This document shows positions 62,409 through 64,000 of a DNA stretch of 64,000 nucleotides, piece by piece. Where the stretch lies: assembly GCF_009914755.1 (NCBI RefSeq), contig NC_060928.1. One strand, written 5' to 3'. Under the pieces are notes generated by a model, which worked only from the letters and a program-made list of their open reading frames with translations, searched no databases and was not told the origin of the DNA. The DNA is from the human T2T-CHM13v2.0 reference genome, Homo sapiens. Position numbers and translations under genes: made by a program. Position 1 is the stretch's first letter. Each line of letters starts with the position of its first letter.

Positions 62409-63349
62409 TGATGGTTTATCACATAGAGAGCTCATGCTCTATTGACCTGTAACCATGAGGCAAAATTTGCCCAGAAAATGGAGGTTCCTGAAAGATGGTT
62501 GGACCTCCAGGTATTTCAAGAAACAATTTCAACCGCTGCAGCTTCCAACAGAGACACACAAAAAACAAACAAACAGAATGATAGAGAAAGACCTTCCTGA
62601 GGCAATATTCTCAATCTGTGACCTTTTAAGATCCTGCTCAAAAGATTTTAAAGCCAGGTTGTGCTTTGATAAGTAAAGGCATATAGTTCCTTTGTACTTG
62701 TTCTAAAGGATTAAATGAAGTTAAATTTAATGCCTCCAAATCCCTAAGGCCTTATTATGGACTCCATGAATTAATTTTTCAAATCGCTGTTTGTTTGGAG
62801 AGCCTGTCCTGTGTCTCCTGCAAGCTGGTCAAAGAACATTTTGTACTGGCTCTGAAAGAGCTCCGTCAAGTCACAGGAGACTCCATTTCAATTTAACACG
62901 TGGCAATTAATTCTCGCAAAAGACTGTGCCTGACAGCTTCAACAGTGTTGTGTAAGAAGACAGAGTACAATTTGGTGGCGTATCAATTTACAGTGTTAGC
63001 ATATTTTTACATGAGCCATAAATCTTGCAGATTCACCAACTCTCAGCTTAATTTATAAGCTTTCGTTTCTGGGAGCACGTCCCACTGCAGTCTCGCCTCC
63101 TTAGTGTTGTAACAGCTTTCTTGAGATTTCACTTCAGAATTTGACAAGGTGTCCAAGATGAATGGTAATCATGTTACAGAGCTAGAGAAACATGCGAACC
63201 AGACTATTTATAACTCTGCCCTTTTACTAGTCACGTTCAGTACTATGTGGCCTTAACCTACAGTTATTGATCTAAATGACCTAGTTCTGAACTGAGACTT
63301 TTCCATTTTTAGAATTAAATTATAATTTGTAGTAATCCTTTAATACTTT

Positions 63350-64000
<651 letters not shown>

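Overview
Primate (very likely human) non-coding DNA, intronic or intergenic. I recognise no protein-coding exon: nearly every ORF in the track is an Alu, L1 or low-complexity read-through. About 60 Alu copies or fragments cover roughly a quarter of the window. There are also old L1M and L2 remnants, solo LTRs with intact target-site duplications (TSDs; MSTA/MSTB, two MLT2, MLT1, one ERV1-type), DNA transposons (Tigger2a, Tigger3b, MER2, MER6, MER53, MER33, MER58A, MER1A, half a MADE1) and a retroposed U13 (SNORD13) snoRNA copy. The most striking structure is a ~1.6 kb, nearly C-free GT-rich tandem array (27527-29128) that appears to have grown from the short GT-rich seed inside a MER6 transposon and is packed with 5' splice-site-like and UG motifs. 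Other oddities are an orphan poly(A) insertion with a perfect TSD, an Alu-Alu tandem duplication next to a 60-bp perfect AT palindrome, two local non-tandem duplications, a closely spaced inverted AluY pair, a CpG-retaining Alu pair with G-run insertions, and several motif-dense candidate enhancers. Repeat family names come from recalled consensus sequences, not from a database search, and most repeat boundaries are approximate.
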